Shown: piece after piece, positions 10,100 through 21,402 of the stretch
Numbering within the stretch: the first letter of the stretch is position 1
How the letters are laid out: each line of letters starts with the position of its first letter
Source of the DNA: Eledone cirrhosa
Lineage: Eukaryota
Assembly (NCBI GenBank): GCA_964016885.1
Contig: OZ024740.1
Coordinates: forward strand, 317,626,001-317,690,000
Reading direction: 5' to 3'
Length of the DNA stretch: 64,000 bases
The notes under the pieces: model-generated
What the model saw: the letters and a program-made list of their open reading frames with translations, nothing else
Told to the model about the DNA's origin: nothing
Databases searched by the model: none
Position numbers and translations under genes: made by a program

Positions 10100-11011
10100 T
10101 TATACTTCTCTTAGGTCAGTATTGTTTGTTTGGGTGTTGTTGTTATTCCATTCATTTTTTCTGTTTAGCCTTGGCCTTCTAAGTTCTATTTCGCTGGCCT
10201 CTCTGATTTGCCTATCTGCTGGGTCATTTCTATGTTTAGATATTATTCTAATTTCTATGTTGTCTATGTTACCGTCGTGTTGTTGTCTGGCATGTTCGTA
10301 TAGTACTGAACCGTTTTTTCGTCCTTTTAGTTCCCCCCAGTGTTGGTCTATCCTTTCACCTATGCTACGAGCTGACTCGCCTATGTATGTTGTTGTCATG
10401 TTTCTGCAAGTACCCTCTGTACATCTTATGTTATAGACTACGTTTCTAGTTTTACAGTTTATCCGGGGGTTTACTTTACATGTAATACATTTCCTATTAG
10501 TACGGTGGGTTTTCTTAAAAGGATAGGTTTTGATGATCAGGGATTTTATAGTGGTTCCTGGCTTTTCTAACACCTTAATCTTTAAGTGGGTATTTCTCAG
10601 GGCCTTTCTACACTGGTTAGCTAATTTACCTCCAAGGGTAGCGTCCACAAACATGACACCCTGGAATCTCTGGTTGTCGTACCATGAAGTGGCTTTCCCT
10701 ATCTTATGTCTAGTCCTATCTAAGCGATTGCATGATTTGCTCCTGTATAATGGGCAAATTCCTTTCATGTCCAGTTCTATGAGGGTCTTATACTTCTCCG
10801 TGGCTCCTTCGTATACTCTGATTCTGTCTCTTTGGTTGTAGCCAGAAAACTGCATGCGGTTGATGAAGTGTTGGATGTGTCTTTCCATTTCTGTTGGGTC
10901 GCACATGCGGGACACGTTCTTCATCACTCGTACCAAGTCTGCGAGCAGAATATTAAACTTAATACTATTGGACATTGCTGAGTTTTTGAGTATCAGGTAT
11001 TTGGAGGCCAT
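10100..11011 (-). CDS. Penelope-like RT C-terminus plus GIY-YIG endonuclease (open frame, truncated element)
   Basis: SAMSNSIKFNIL...SGY thumb region; Cys-rich linker CITC...C; NVVYNIRC...YIGESARSIGERIDQH; RQIREA...LN. Confidence 0.85.
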   Translation of the reverse strand: MASKYLILKNSAMSNSIKFNILLADLVRVMKNVSRMCDPTEMERHIQHFINRMQFSGYNQRDRIRVYEGATEKYKTLIELDMKGICPLYRSKSCNRLDRTRHKIGKATSWYDNQRFQGVMFVDATLGGKLANQCRKALRNTHLKIKVLEKPGTTIKSLIIKTYPFKKTHRTNRKCITCKVNPRINCKTRNVVYNIRCTEGTCRNMTTTYIGESARSIGERIDQHWGELKGRKNGSVLYEHARQQHDGNIDNIEIRIISKHRNDPADRQIREASEIELRRPRLNRKNEWNNNNTQTNNTDLREV

Positions 11012-11139
11012 ATATATATATATATAATATATATATATAGTTTTAATATAGATGAGATTCAATTAAAACTTTTATACTCTGCTATATATTGAGTACCTTA
11101 CTTACTGTGGTTACTTCCGATTCAACCCGGAATAACTTA

Positions 11140-11560
<421 letters not shown>

Positions 11561-11659
11561 ATATAGCTCTGATTGTTTAATTTATTAATTTTTCATTGAG
11601 CCACAAAGTGACCAGTTGCAAAACACGTATATGTATGTGTATGTATATATATATGTAAA

Positions 11660-11664
<5 letters not shown>

Positions 11665-11700
<36 letters not shown>

Positions 11701-11717
11701 TATATATCATATATATA

Positions 11718-11795
<78 letters not shown>
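11665..11795. repeat. Interrupted (TA)n microsatellite
   Basis: Seen directly. Confidence 0.95.
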
Positions 11796-11798
<3 letters not shown>

Positions 11799-11839
11799 GA
11801 TATTAATAAATGGAAACTATATTTATAAAACCATATTTA

Positions 11840-11903
11840 TTTCATTATACATATTTCAGGGATACCAAATTAAATTATGGTATGCCTTCATCAGAAAAAA
11901 TAC
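11840..11903 (-). ncRNA. Hammerhead-ribozyme-like motif
   Basis: CTGATGA-AGGcATACCA-taatttaatt-TGGTATcCCT-GAAAT-atgt-ATA; long stem II, putative AUA cleavage triplet, A/U-rich stem I possible. Confidence 0.62.
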
Positions 11904-12513
11904 AATATATAACAGTTTTACAAATAAGCTTTGACGTACCCTTTTAAAATGCAACCATTATTTTTGGAAGCCATCCGGATAGTGAGTTGTTTATATTATT
12001 TTAATAAGTCATAGTGTTAAGGACAATTAGAAAAAGACGGAGAGAAAGAAAAAGACGGAGAGAGAGAAAGAAAAAACGTGGAGAAATATCGGAGAGAGAG
12101 AAATGCATGGAGAAAAAAGAAAGAGATAAATAAAGACAGAAGGAAAGAAAGAAAGAAGAAAAAAGGAAGAAATAAGAAAAAGAAAAACAGAGGAAAGCAA
12201 CAGAGAGATATTAAGTCATCAGACAGATAGAAAAACTCAAGAGAGAGAAATATTATATATAGAGAGAGGGAGATAATGAAAACTTTACGTCATGTCATAT
12301 TAAGTTGAGTTAACAATTTATATGAAATGAATAATAAAAATATAAATATTAATATTCATGAATGGGACATAAATATATAATATGAGAAATTAAACATTGT
12401 TTAATAATGACTATATGTTTAGTTTAAAACTTGAGATTAATATACCAAAATTTTGGGTTTAATCTCCAAAATGTACACATTGCTAGAGAAATCAGTATCT
12501 TAGGCAAAGACAC

Positions 12514-12517
<4 letters not shown>

Positions 12518-12575
<58 letters not shown>
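12518..12575. repeat. (TA)n microsatellite
   Basis: Seen directly. Confidence 0.95.
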
Positions 12576-12577
<2 letters not shown>

Positions 12578-13635
12578 GCACGTCCTGAAAATAGAAATTA
12601 TATTTACTCAAGTCAACAATATAGACATATAAAACGCAGACGATTTCTCTTAATCACTGCTATACATTCCTTGTGTTATAAAAAGTTCACAGTATATATA
12701 CATAAATATATACGATTAACATTCATATATACGATTACCATTCATGCATTTAACATTCTGTTAACATTATGCATATCTGCAATCAAAACTGCGTGGTTAG
12801 GCAACATATCTCTTACCCACACACATACATACACATATATATACATATACACATATATATGTATAAATAAATATTTGCGTGCGTCTTCACGCATCGCTCA
12901 TGTATACATACAGACATATATACAATCATAAAAAACCTATAACACTTTTATATGCATGTTAATACACACATACACATTTGTATAGAGATAATCAAATATC
13001 AATATATTACTAAGGATTATACTTTGGAAATATAATTATAGCAATATAAATTTAAAATACCAAAGGATTATATTTTGGAAATACAATTATATCAGTATAG
13101 TCAAAAGGACAAACAAATTCTAGAAATGTCAAAGCATTAAATATTTTTAAAACACTATAGAGTATCTTAAGTTAAAATAATATGTTTCATATATTTAGTA
13201 TAGAAATTTATCCTACGTATATTTCAATCAAGATATTGAAAGGGTTGACTTATGAAAATTATGAGAAGCTATCAGAATCAAAACAAAACTAATAAAAATA
13301 AATAAAAATAAAAATAAAAATAAAATAAAAGTTAAATAAATATTATATCAATATAATTTAAAAATTTAAAAATTTAAAGATTTAAAAAATTAAAAAAAAG
13401 TTTTAAAAATTTAAAAGATTTAAAAAACCCAAGGATTCTACAGATATCCTTATATTTAGTATAGAAATTTATCTTACGTATATTTTATTTAAGATATTGG
13501 AAGTATAGATATTTTAAAGTAGTTTATTATATCTATGTTTATATTTAGGAAGAAAGTTTAAAAAGAAAAAGGTAAAGGAATCTAATGATTTATCGACAGG
13601 TTTTATATATTAACTAAATTACTTAATTAATTATA

Positions 13636-15327
13636 CTACATTTTAAATGTATATTTATATTTAAACGTTGAGTTCAATCTATGTCTGCAGCAACTGAATA
13701 AATTGTTCTTTAAATTAAGGGAATTTTTGGACTTTAATATAAAGAATATTTCTTCAATACAAAGATCACAATTTTCTGAAGAGGAATTAAAAGGAGTAGC
13801 TTATGAAATAATATTCCAAGTCATCGAATTTTTAACATTATCTCGTTTTAGGTCCCATAGTAGGCTAGATAGCGAAGTTGAAGATTTTTTGTTTGGATCT
13901 GTGAAAGAATTTTTATGATTATTGAACCGAAATTTAAATTCTGTAGAGGTAGAACCAACATAGTTAAATGAATTTAAATTAGTTTTAACATTACAATTGT
14001 ACACTACATTTTTAGCTAAGCAGTTGTTATTTAACGGACAGTTAGATTTATTTCTACAGTTACGTTATTCAATTGAATATTGCTTGGGTTATTATTGGTA
14101 TATTGGTTAGGCTTTAAATTTCTATTATTAATTCTATTAATATTTTGTGCTAAATTTTTGGTGGACGAGTAAGTTAATTTTATAGTGTGTCTATTAAAAA
14201 TTGAGTAATATTTATGTGTTCCAGGGAAGCGTTTGTCAAGAGCTTTAAAGAATAGTTTAGCAATAGGGGCTTTAATATTTAGTGAGAAAGGGGGAGCAAA
14301 CCATAATATGTTTCTAGTTCTATTTCTTTTTCTGCTTTTGGAATTATTGTAATGTTTTCTATTATAGTTGCTAAAGTTGTTACCATAATTAAAATTGTTA
14401 TTATTTTGGTTAGTTTGCTTTTCATCCTTACAGGGTCGATAAAATAAAGTACCAGTAATGCACTGGGTAATTGCTGGCCTGGTGCCAAAAGTAGAAACAA
14501 TTATTATTATCAATGTATTTAATTCTATTTCTATATCCAGCTCTACCTAACGCTTCGTTGTAATACTGCGCTTTTTCATCAAATATATTTTTATTAGATG
14601 AAATTCTTGAAATTCTTTCTTGAACAGAGTTCACTATAGTATTTTTAACAGATCTGGGGTGATTAGAGTTAAAATTAACATAATTCAAGTTCTCATTTAG
14701 TTTGTGAAATGGATAATGAAGACATGTGTTGAGATTTAGTGTTACGTCAAGAAAATTGACTATTTTATGGTTATTCTCTATTTCTACTTTTAGATTAAGG
14801 TAATTAAAAAATTGTATAATTTGTTTTCTTTTCCTATTTAGTTCACAGCTATTATTTTGTATAAGTAAAAGCATGTCATCACGATATAAGCCTCCGGTTA
14901 CACCTGGTATTTTTCTATGTAGCGAATTAATTATAAATAGGCCCACAAGGTCCGTTACCTGAGCTGAGTCTGATGATCCCATAGTTATGTCGAAATTATT
15001 ATTTCTATCTGCCCTAGTCCAGAGTTGGTTATTAAATTCTATCAATGTTTTCCTTGCCGATAATATAATGTGCATTTCATTCCTAGTTAGGTCTGTATGT
15101 TTAAATGCGTAATTTAGTGCCTTATTCAGTAGATTAGGAGTGATAGATGAATAGTAGTTAGCAATATCCAGCTGAATAAACTTATTATTATAGTTATATT
15201 TAATTTCTTTAAACCAATCGATAACCTCACTAGTCCCTTTCCATAATTTTAAGTAAGATAAATTAGGTAAGTTTTTAATTTGTTGTGTTACCCTGTCTAG
15301 AATATTTTTGCTAAGTTTGCCCAGGTA
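13636..15327 (-). pseudogene. Naiad-like PLE reverse transcriptase + GIY-YIG endonuclease, disabled
   Basis: LGKLSKNILDR, QLDIANYYSSIT, FDITMGSSDSAQVTDLVGL, GLYRDD, FLDVTLNL, SNHP, WFAPPFS, NCRNKSNCPLNNNC, YVGST...FKFRFNNH, CDLC, CRH; broken by a SINE fragment, a frameshift at ~14063 and TAA at 13801-13803. Confidence 0.88.
14414..14500 (+). mobile_element. 5'-truncated SINE copy inserted antisense in the PLE2 ORF
   Basis: TTTGCTTTTCATCCTTACAGGGTCGATAAAATAAAGTACCAG...GTAGAAACAA matches the 3' half of the SINE at 287-493; followed by (TTA)3. Confidence 0.88.
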
Positions 15328-15415
15328 TATCTACTCCAAATACTTGTCGAGTGCTTTATATCAGTTATAAAAATATTTACTTGTTGTATCCCAACAATTT
15401 TAAATAGAACTTTTG

Positions 15416-15417
<2 letters not shown>

Positions 15418-15482
<65 letters not shown>

Positions 15483-15611
15483 ATATATATAATATATATA
15501 CATACACACATATTATATATATATATATATGTTTATATATATAATATATATATAAAAATAAATATATGTATATGATATATATATATAATATATATATATA
15601 ATATATATATA

Positions 15612-15667
<56 letters not shown>

Positions 15668-15896
15668 TATATGTTATATGTTTATCATATAAATATATGT
15701 ATATCATATATATATATATATATAATATATATAATATATATACATATACACATATTATATATATATATGTATATATATGATATATATATAAAAATAAATA
15801 TATGTATATGATATATATATCATATAGATATATTTATTTTTATATATATATTATATATATAAACATATATATATATATATATATATATACACTATA

Positions 15897-15927
<31 letters not shown>

Positions 15928-15931
15928 TATT

Positions 15932-16008
<77 letters not shown>
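15418..16008. repeat. Large degenerate (TA)n/(TG)n/(CA)n microsatellite complex
   Basis: Seen directly. Confidence 0.95.
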
Positions 16009-16013
<5 letters not shown>

Positions 16014-16186
16014 AAAGAAAATGAATTCCAGCATGAACTGGAAAGAAACCTTACAGTTAATGTTGGTTGGTTTAAGAGATTCAAAACTGTTACAGAAATA
16101 CCTTTTCTTTTCAGTTATAAATTTGTATATATATATATATATAATGAGTGTGTGTATGGTGTCTGTGTATGACCCTCCCCAAGTAT

Positions 16187-16190
<4 letters not shown>

Positions 16191-16264
<74 letters not shown>
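16191..16264. repeat. (TA)n(TG)n microsatellite
   Basis: Seen directly. Confidence 0.95.
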
Positions 16265-16268
<4 letters not shown>

Positions 16269-16508
16269 CTAAGATTTATATTTATAAAAGTGCATCCTGT
16301 AATCACTCCCATAAATACATGTGCAACGATATACAAAGTAAAATGAAACCCAGGGTCATGTCGGGATAGTAAATTATGTGCAGAAGGAAATTTACATAAT
16401 TTTCCGGTGTTTACCTTTATATAACGTTGCTTTCTTGGAGAAACGTCTATCTTTATGTGACGCTGTTTCTATCTATCTATCTATCCATCTATCTATCTAT
16501 CCATCTAT

Positions 16509-19032
16509 CGATTGTCAGAAGTAGAACACGTGCTCTAAGAAACGATGGAGCTAAAAACTGTTAGCTGAGACCAAGTGGCAGAGGCGAAAAGTGGCAACAA
16601 ATCCACAATTCGGTCTACCACGACTCTCGAGCACGAATGCAGAGAGCTGCGAAAAGCCGATCACAGCTGGTGAAATAGAAGATGCCCTAGGCCGCTGTGG
16701 GAAACGCAAATCACCCGGTATAGATGGTGTACACTATGAGTCTTACATATGCATGCCAGACTTGTTCTCTGGCGTCCTCGAAGCGGTCTACTGCAACTGG
16801 CAGCAGACGGGAGGATTCCCAGTTCTGTAGGCAGACGCGTAGTAACTATGATCAGGAAAGACGAGAACAAGAGGGATGAGATAAGTAATTTCAGGCCCAT
16901 AACTCTGCTCAACACAGAGTTAAAGATTTTGGCCAAGGTGTTAGCAACGAGGCTGGCGCTTGTCGTCGAGAACCTGGTATAGGAAGCGCAAACGTGTGCA
17001 ATCCTGACCAGGTCCATACACGACAACCTCCATCTCATGCGATACATCATAGAGAGGGTAGGGTGTAAACCTGGTTTCCGTGGGGCTCTGATCAATTTAA
17101 ATCAGTCTAAGGCATTTGATAGGGTCGACCATCAATACTTGGAAGCGGTTCTCAAGGCGGCCGGCTTCGGTCCCGTCTGCTGAGGCTGGATCGCTGCCAT
17201 GCACACCAGCATCTGCTCGGCAGTCAAGGTGAATGGTTATCTATCGGAGCCATTCCAAATCATGCGTTCCATCCGTCAGAGATGCCCTCTCTCCTCCATT
17301 CTGTATGTACTGACTCTCCAGCCATTACTGCGGAAGTTGGAGCTGTTGCAGGGCATCCCGATCGAACCAATCGGACTGCGGAAAGCATCGTCGGCCTATG
17401 CCGACGACGTAGCCGCAATGGTGTCGAAAACCTCGGAAATCGGGGTAATCGGCAACCTATTACAGGAATACGAAACGTTGACAGGAGCAAGACTAAACCC
17501 AAACAAGTCTGTCGGTTTGCAACTCGGCACATGGAGAGGCAAGCCCATGCCTTTCGACAGTGTCGTTGGACGCTGGACGGAAGGACCGGTGAAATTGCTC
17601 GGGGTCTGGTTTGGTCCAGATCTCCAGGTGGACAAGAACTGGAACGAGTTCACGGAGAAGGTGTTTGCACTCACCCAGAAGTGGGCTGAGTGCAAACTAT
17701 CCTTGAAAGGTCGAGCGGAGGTGGCGAACATAGCATCCGTCATATACTACCGCCTGACAGTCATGCCTTGTCCCCGCGAATACCTCACCAAAATGGAACG
17801 CCTTCTCTTCAAGTTCCTCTGGAAGAAATAGGCTCCATTGGTGAGGAGATCCATCTGCTGTCAACATCCTTCTAACGAAGGGCTGGGCATGCCGTGGATG
17901 ATGATGCCCAAATAAATCCTGAGGCTACGCCATCTCCAGGTATTTCTGACCGGCGAACCGGTGTGGCTGTCGTTTGTGAGACGAGCTCTTCCACAACTCG
18001 TCTCACTAACAGAGCTGCAGTCCTGGGTCAAGCGAAAACCGAAAATAGGCGCCTGGCACCTCGAGTGCCTTCAGGCGCTCACAGCCCCCTACCAAGCGGA
18101 AACGGCAATCAGCGGAGACTCCACTTCGACCTTCTATTGGGGATTAGTGGAGGATAAGTGCGACGACGTTCTCGGGGAAACTCTAGGCATTGAGGAGAAC
18201 GAACTGACCAGTCTGTTCGGGAGGACTTTCCGTCCAGGGCCTATGGATAACTTCCAGAGGTCTCTGGCCTGGCAGTGCTACCGAGGAGCTCTACCAGTTC
18301 GAGACAAAATCCACAGGCACGGACGCCCTGGCAGAGATCCTGCCAAAAGGCGCTGTCCAAGATGCGAGCAAGACATTGAAACCGTTCTGCACGAAATTGT
18401 TCAGTGCCCAGGGGTGACCGATCTGTGGAATTATGTCGAACAGCTACTGTCACTTGTGGGATGCATCCAGTTGTCAGCCGAGTCCATCGTGACGATCACC
18501 CCTCCGCCTTCATTTAAGAATGAAGCAGAAGCGGTGTTCCTCTGTCTGGTGGCTATGGCGAAAGAGGTAATATGGTGGACGAGGTTAAAAGGACTGAGGG
18601 CAAACACCTGTCTCTCCGGACAACAACTCACCCCCTTCTTTAAGTACCACTTCAGAAGGAAGGTGAGAGTGGAGAGAGAGGTGCTTCACCCCAGTAAATT
18701 CGCTGAAAGGTGGGTGAATGTGGCGAAAATGGCCCGAGTGAATGAGCCTTCGCTGTATATAAACCTGTAGGTTGAGGAAGATAAACAGAGGGAAGACGGG
18801 AACACCTACAAAACGTGTTCCTGGTGTTAAGGGTTGTTCTATCCACGGGGTGTAAAACATCCCCGCAGTAACGTTACCCCCCCCCCCCCCCACCAAATGG
18901 GGATTTCAATTGTTTTATGTTTATATAGTATATTGTTATTTATCATTTACATAAAGATTTTATGTAACCCCCCCCCCCGTCACGTCTTGTAATGTCCCAT
19001 GTTTGTACGCCCCTGTGGCAAATAATGAAAGA
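16509..19032 (+). mobile_element. L1/Tx1-clade LINE copy C (related subfamily), 5'-truncated, with 15-bp TSD in an (ATCT)n tract
   Basis: RT motifs KSPGIDG, NFRPITLLNTELKILAK, RQRCPLS, AYADD; C-terminal CPRC...H...C; stop at 18770; 3' end GCCCCTGTGGCAAATAATGAAAGA; TSD TATCTATCCATCTAT at 16494-16508 and 19033-19047; internal stops at ~16980, ~17181, ~17829. Confidence 0.92.
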
Positions 19033-20613
19033 TATCTATCCATCTATATGTCTGACTGTCTGTCTATCTCTCTATCTCTCTATCTATCTTGTTTGAAGTA
19101 AATCCACTTCAATTAATGATTAAACATATTTTGGAAATGTTTAAATAGTAATATTCCATTTTCCCTAAATGGAATGACATCGTTATATTCCCCCTTTTAC
19201 GTTTTGTTCTATATTCTTCAATTTGCAATAGACCTATTATTTGTGGAGGTTTGTAAGTGAAATGAACATGTTAATATGGCCGATAACTGAATTAACGGGC
19301 AGAGTGAGAAGTATTGTATTTGTCTTCAGTTACATTTACTTTCTCTGACAACCACTTTGCAATTCTTATCGAGTGATCTGTGAATGTCTCTTACTGAATT
19401 GATGTTCATCCTTTAACAACTGCACTATTTTTGACAATTATTACCACTATATAAACAAGAAACAGTGTTTTATCTGTTGAGTCAATTACATTTACCCAGC
19501 TACAGAACAACCAATCTCTTACGGCAAGAATGCATCATGACAAATGGTTCTTCTACGCCCCCCCCCCCCCCTGTCTGTCTTCAAATAGCATTGTACTGAT
19601 AACATCTCAGATTCTAGTTTCTTAGATTAATACGCTCTGCCCCTATTTTCACGCATACTTACTAATTTAGGCAACTAATTTTCCAACATAAAACATGAAG
19701 TTCACTGAACTTCTAGATAAGATATTTGTAACCATTGGTAAAAACTAAGATGGCTGCAGATAAAAATATATGAAAAACATAGACATAAGTAAATGGCACA
19801 TAACCTGATTAGGATACTGTCGAACATTCGACAAAGTTGAGTTGTTATAAGTAGGTTAGATAGTAATTGGCTAGCTCGTTTAAAATACGTTGCAGGAGTG
19901 CTACACGTCTGGCGTCCGATGTCTGCAGTCGATGTTTAGGACAGGAACACAATTGTAAGTCTGGAAAGTCTGCCATTACCCAGCCATCCCTAATCCTATT
20001 TACAACACTGCACGGCCCATCCTCACTGTCTATTCTTACATTGTTTCCATTTATAGAATATTAAATTACTTGTACATTTGTATTCAAATTTAAATGAACC
20101 ATTTGATAACAGCCGGTCTGTAAATGCATTTTGACTGTTTCATTTAGTCATTCTGAATGCAGTTTATTATGTCATAGATGTGCTAATCTGGTGCATAAAG
20201 GCAGTCTTTATTAAAGAACAAGCAACACACTTTTCTATGGTAAATTTTAATAACTTTCACTGAAGTAATATAAAATATAAATAAAAAGAATGTAAACTTT
20301 TTTGTAAGTTATAGTTAAACATCCAAGTTTAACGCACGTTTCTTCGTTTTTAAACATTAATTTCTTTTTTTCAGAGACATTTCAAACAAATCTCACCTGC
20401 CACACTCTTCTCTCGGCTTATAATAGTATTTCCTTGTCAACATCGATATTTTCCCGTGAATGTTTCGACTTCAAATATTTATCACTTTGTAATAAAATAC
20501 CACCACCCAACGCAAGACAATATCTCTGAAAATAACAGCTTTTAAACTGTAAATCTTTAGTAGAAATAGTGTTAAAAGTAAGAACCAGTTTGGTGTCTAT
20601 AGTTTCTATTACC

Positions 20614-20851
20614 CACAGCCGGATTTAATGTTGGGCAAAGGCAACAATTTATTTGTGACCTCAGCTGGGCTTTTTAGTTTTAGGATGGTTAGAATTTTTG
20701 AATTTAATACCTATATGTATAGCTTTTAAATTCCAATTAGTTGCACCAAACTAACTTTGATATATAAAATTTGGGGATCTTAATTTTTTGTATATAAGGA
20801 GCCTTCTAAACCTGAAGTGCCCTGGACACCCAAGGTCTAAATCCAACCCTA
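20614..20851. mobile_element. Old hAT-like MITE
   Basis: Degenerate TIRs CACAGCCGGATTTA / TAAATCCAACCCTA (CAGGGCCGGATTTA type); 8-bp TSD CTATTACC (20606-20613) / CTAGTACC (20852-20859), one mismatch. Confidence 0.65.
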
Positions 20852-21402
20852 CTAGTACCTAACTACCGATAAAGTGTAGTACAAGACAGATCTGATAACA
20901 AAGACACTATGCCTCTTTATCGATTCTTCATATACTAATATGTTAAAGGAGACGTTTATGAATATTACATTTTTTTCAACACGCTGACACTTATGTGTAT
21001 GTGTGTGTCTGTCTGCTAAAGTACTTTAATGTATCTAATTTATGTGGGTTTTCCATCCCTTACATCTAACCGCAAACCCTGATAAACTCATGGATTTTCA
21101 ATACATATATCAAATCTGACTTGTGCAATTTAGATCTGACCAATTTAGATATTACTCTACCCTAAACACGTTACCCGATTAGGTTTTACTTTCCCCAAGG
21201 TGGCATATCTTAAAAAAATACTCAAATCCATGTTAGGGGAAATGAATTTCCATTTCAAGTGTTACAGCTTTATCTTTGAGAATATTCTGGCTCACTCTTT
21301 CCCGAACCTCACCATCTTTACGAGTAATGGTCGTTTTAGATACTAGAAAGAGCGGCCAAATTGTTTGCAAATTTAACTCCATATTTTAAAAGAAAGAGAT
21401 AT

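Larger units (their letters stand above)
9622..11011 (-). mobile_element. Penelope-like element 1, 5'-truncated, bounded by (TA)n
   Basis: ORF with RT thumb region and GIY-YIG, followed by a 3' region carrying a hammerhead-like core; (TA)n on both sides. Confidence 0.85.
11800..15327 (-). mobile_element. Penelope-like element 2 (Naiad-like), 5'-truncated, with long AT-rich 3' region
   Basis: RT + GIY-YIG pseudogene at 13636-15327; same-strand hammerhead-like core at 11854-11894 just before (TA)n. Assigning all intervening DNA to this element is inference. Confidence 0.7.

Noticed and set aside
13636-14070. Selenocysteine (UGA) recoding as reported for some Naiad PLEs
   Set aside because: The readable conserved Cys codons are TGT/TGC, and the only in-frame stop in this part is TAA
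19867-20064. 65-aa ORF (and an overlapping minus-strand open frame) as a host gene
   Set aside because: No recognisable motif, length within chance expectation, and no consistent exon phase with nearby splice-like sites
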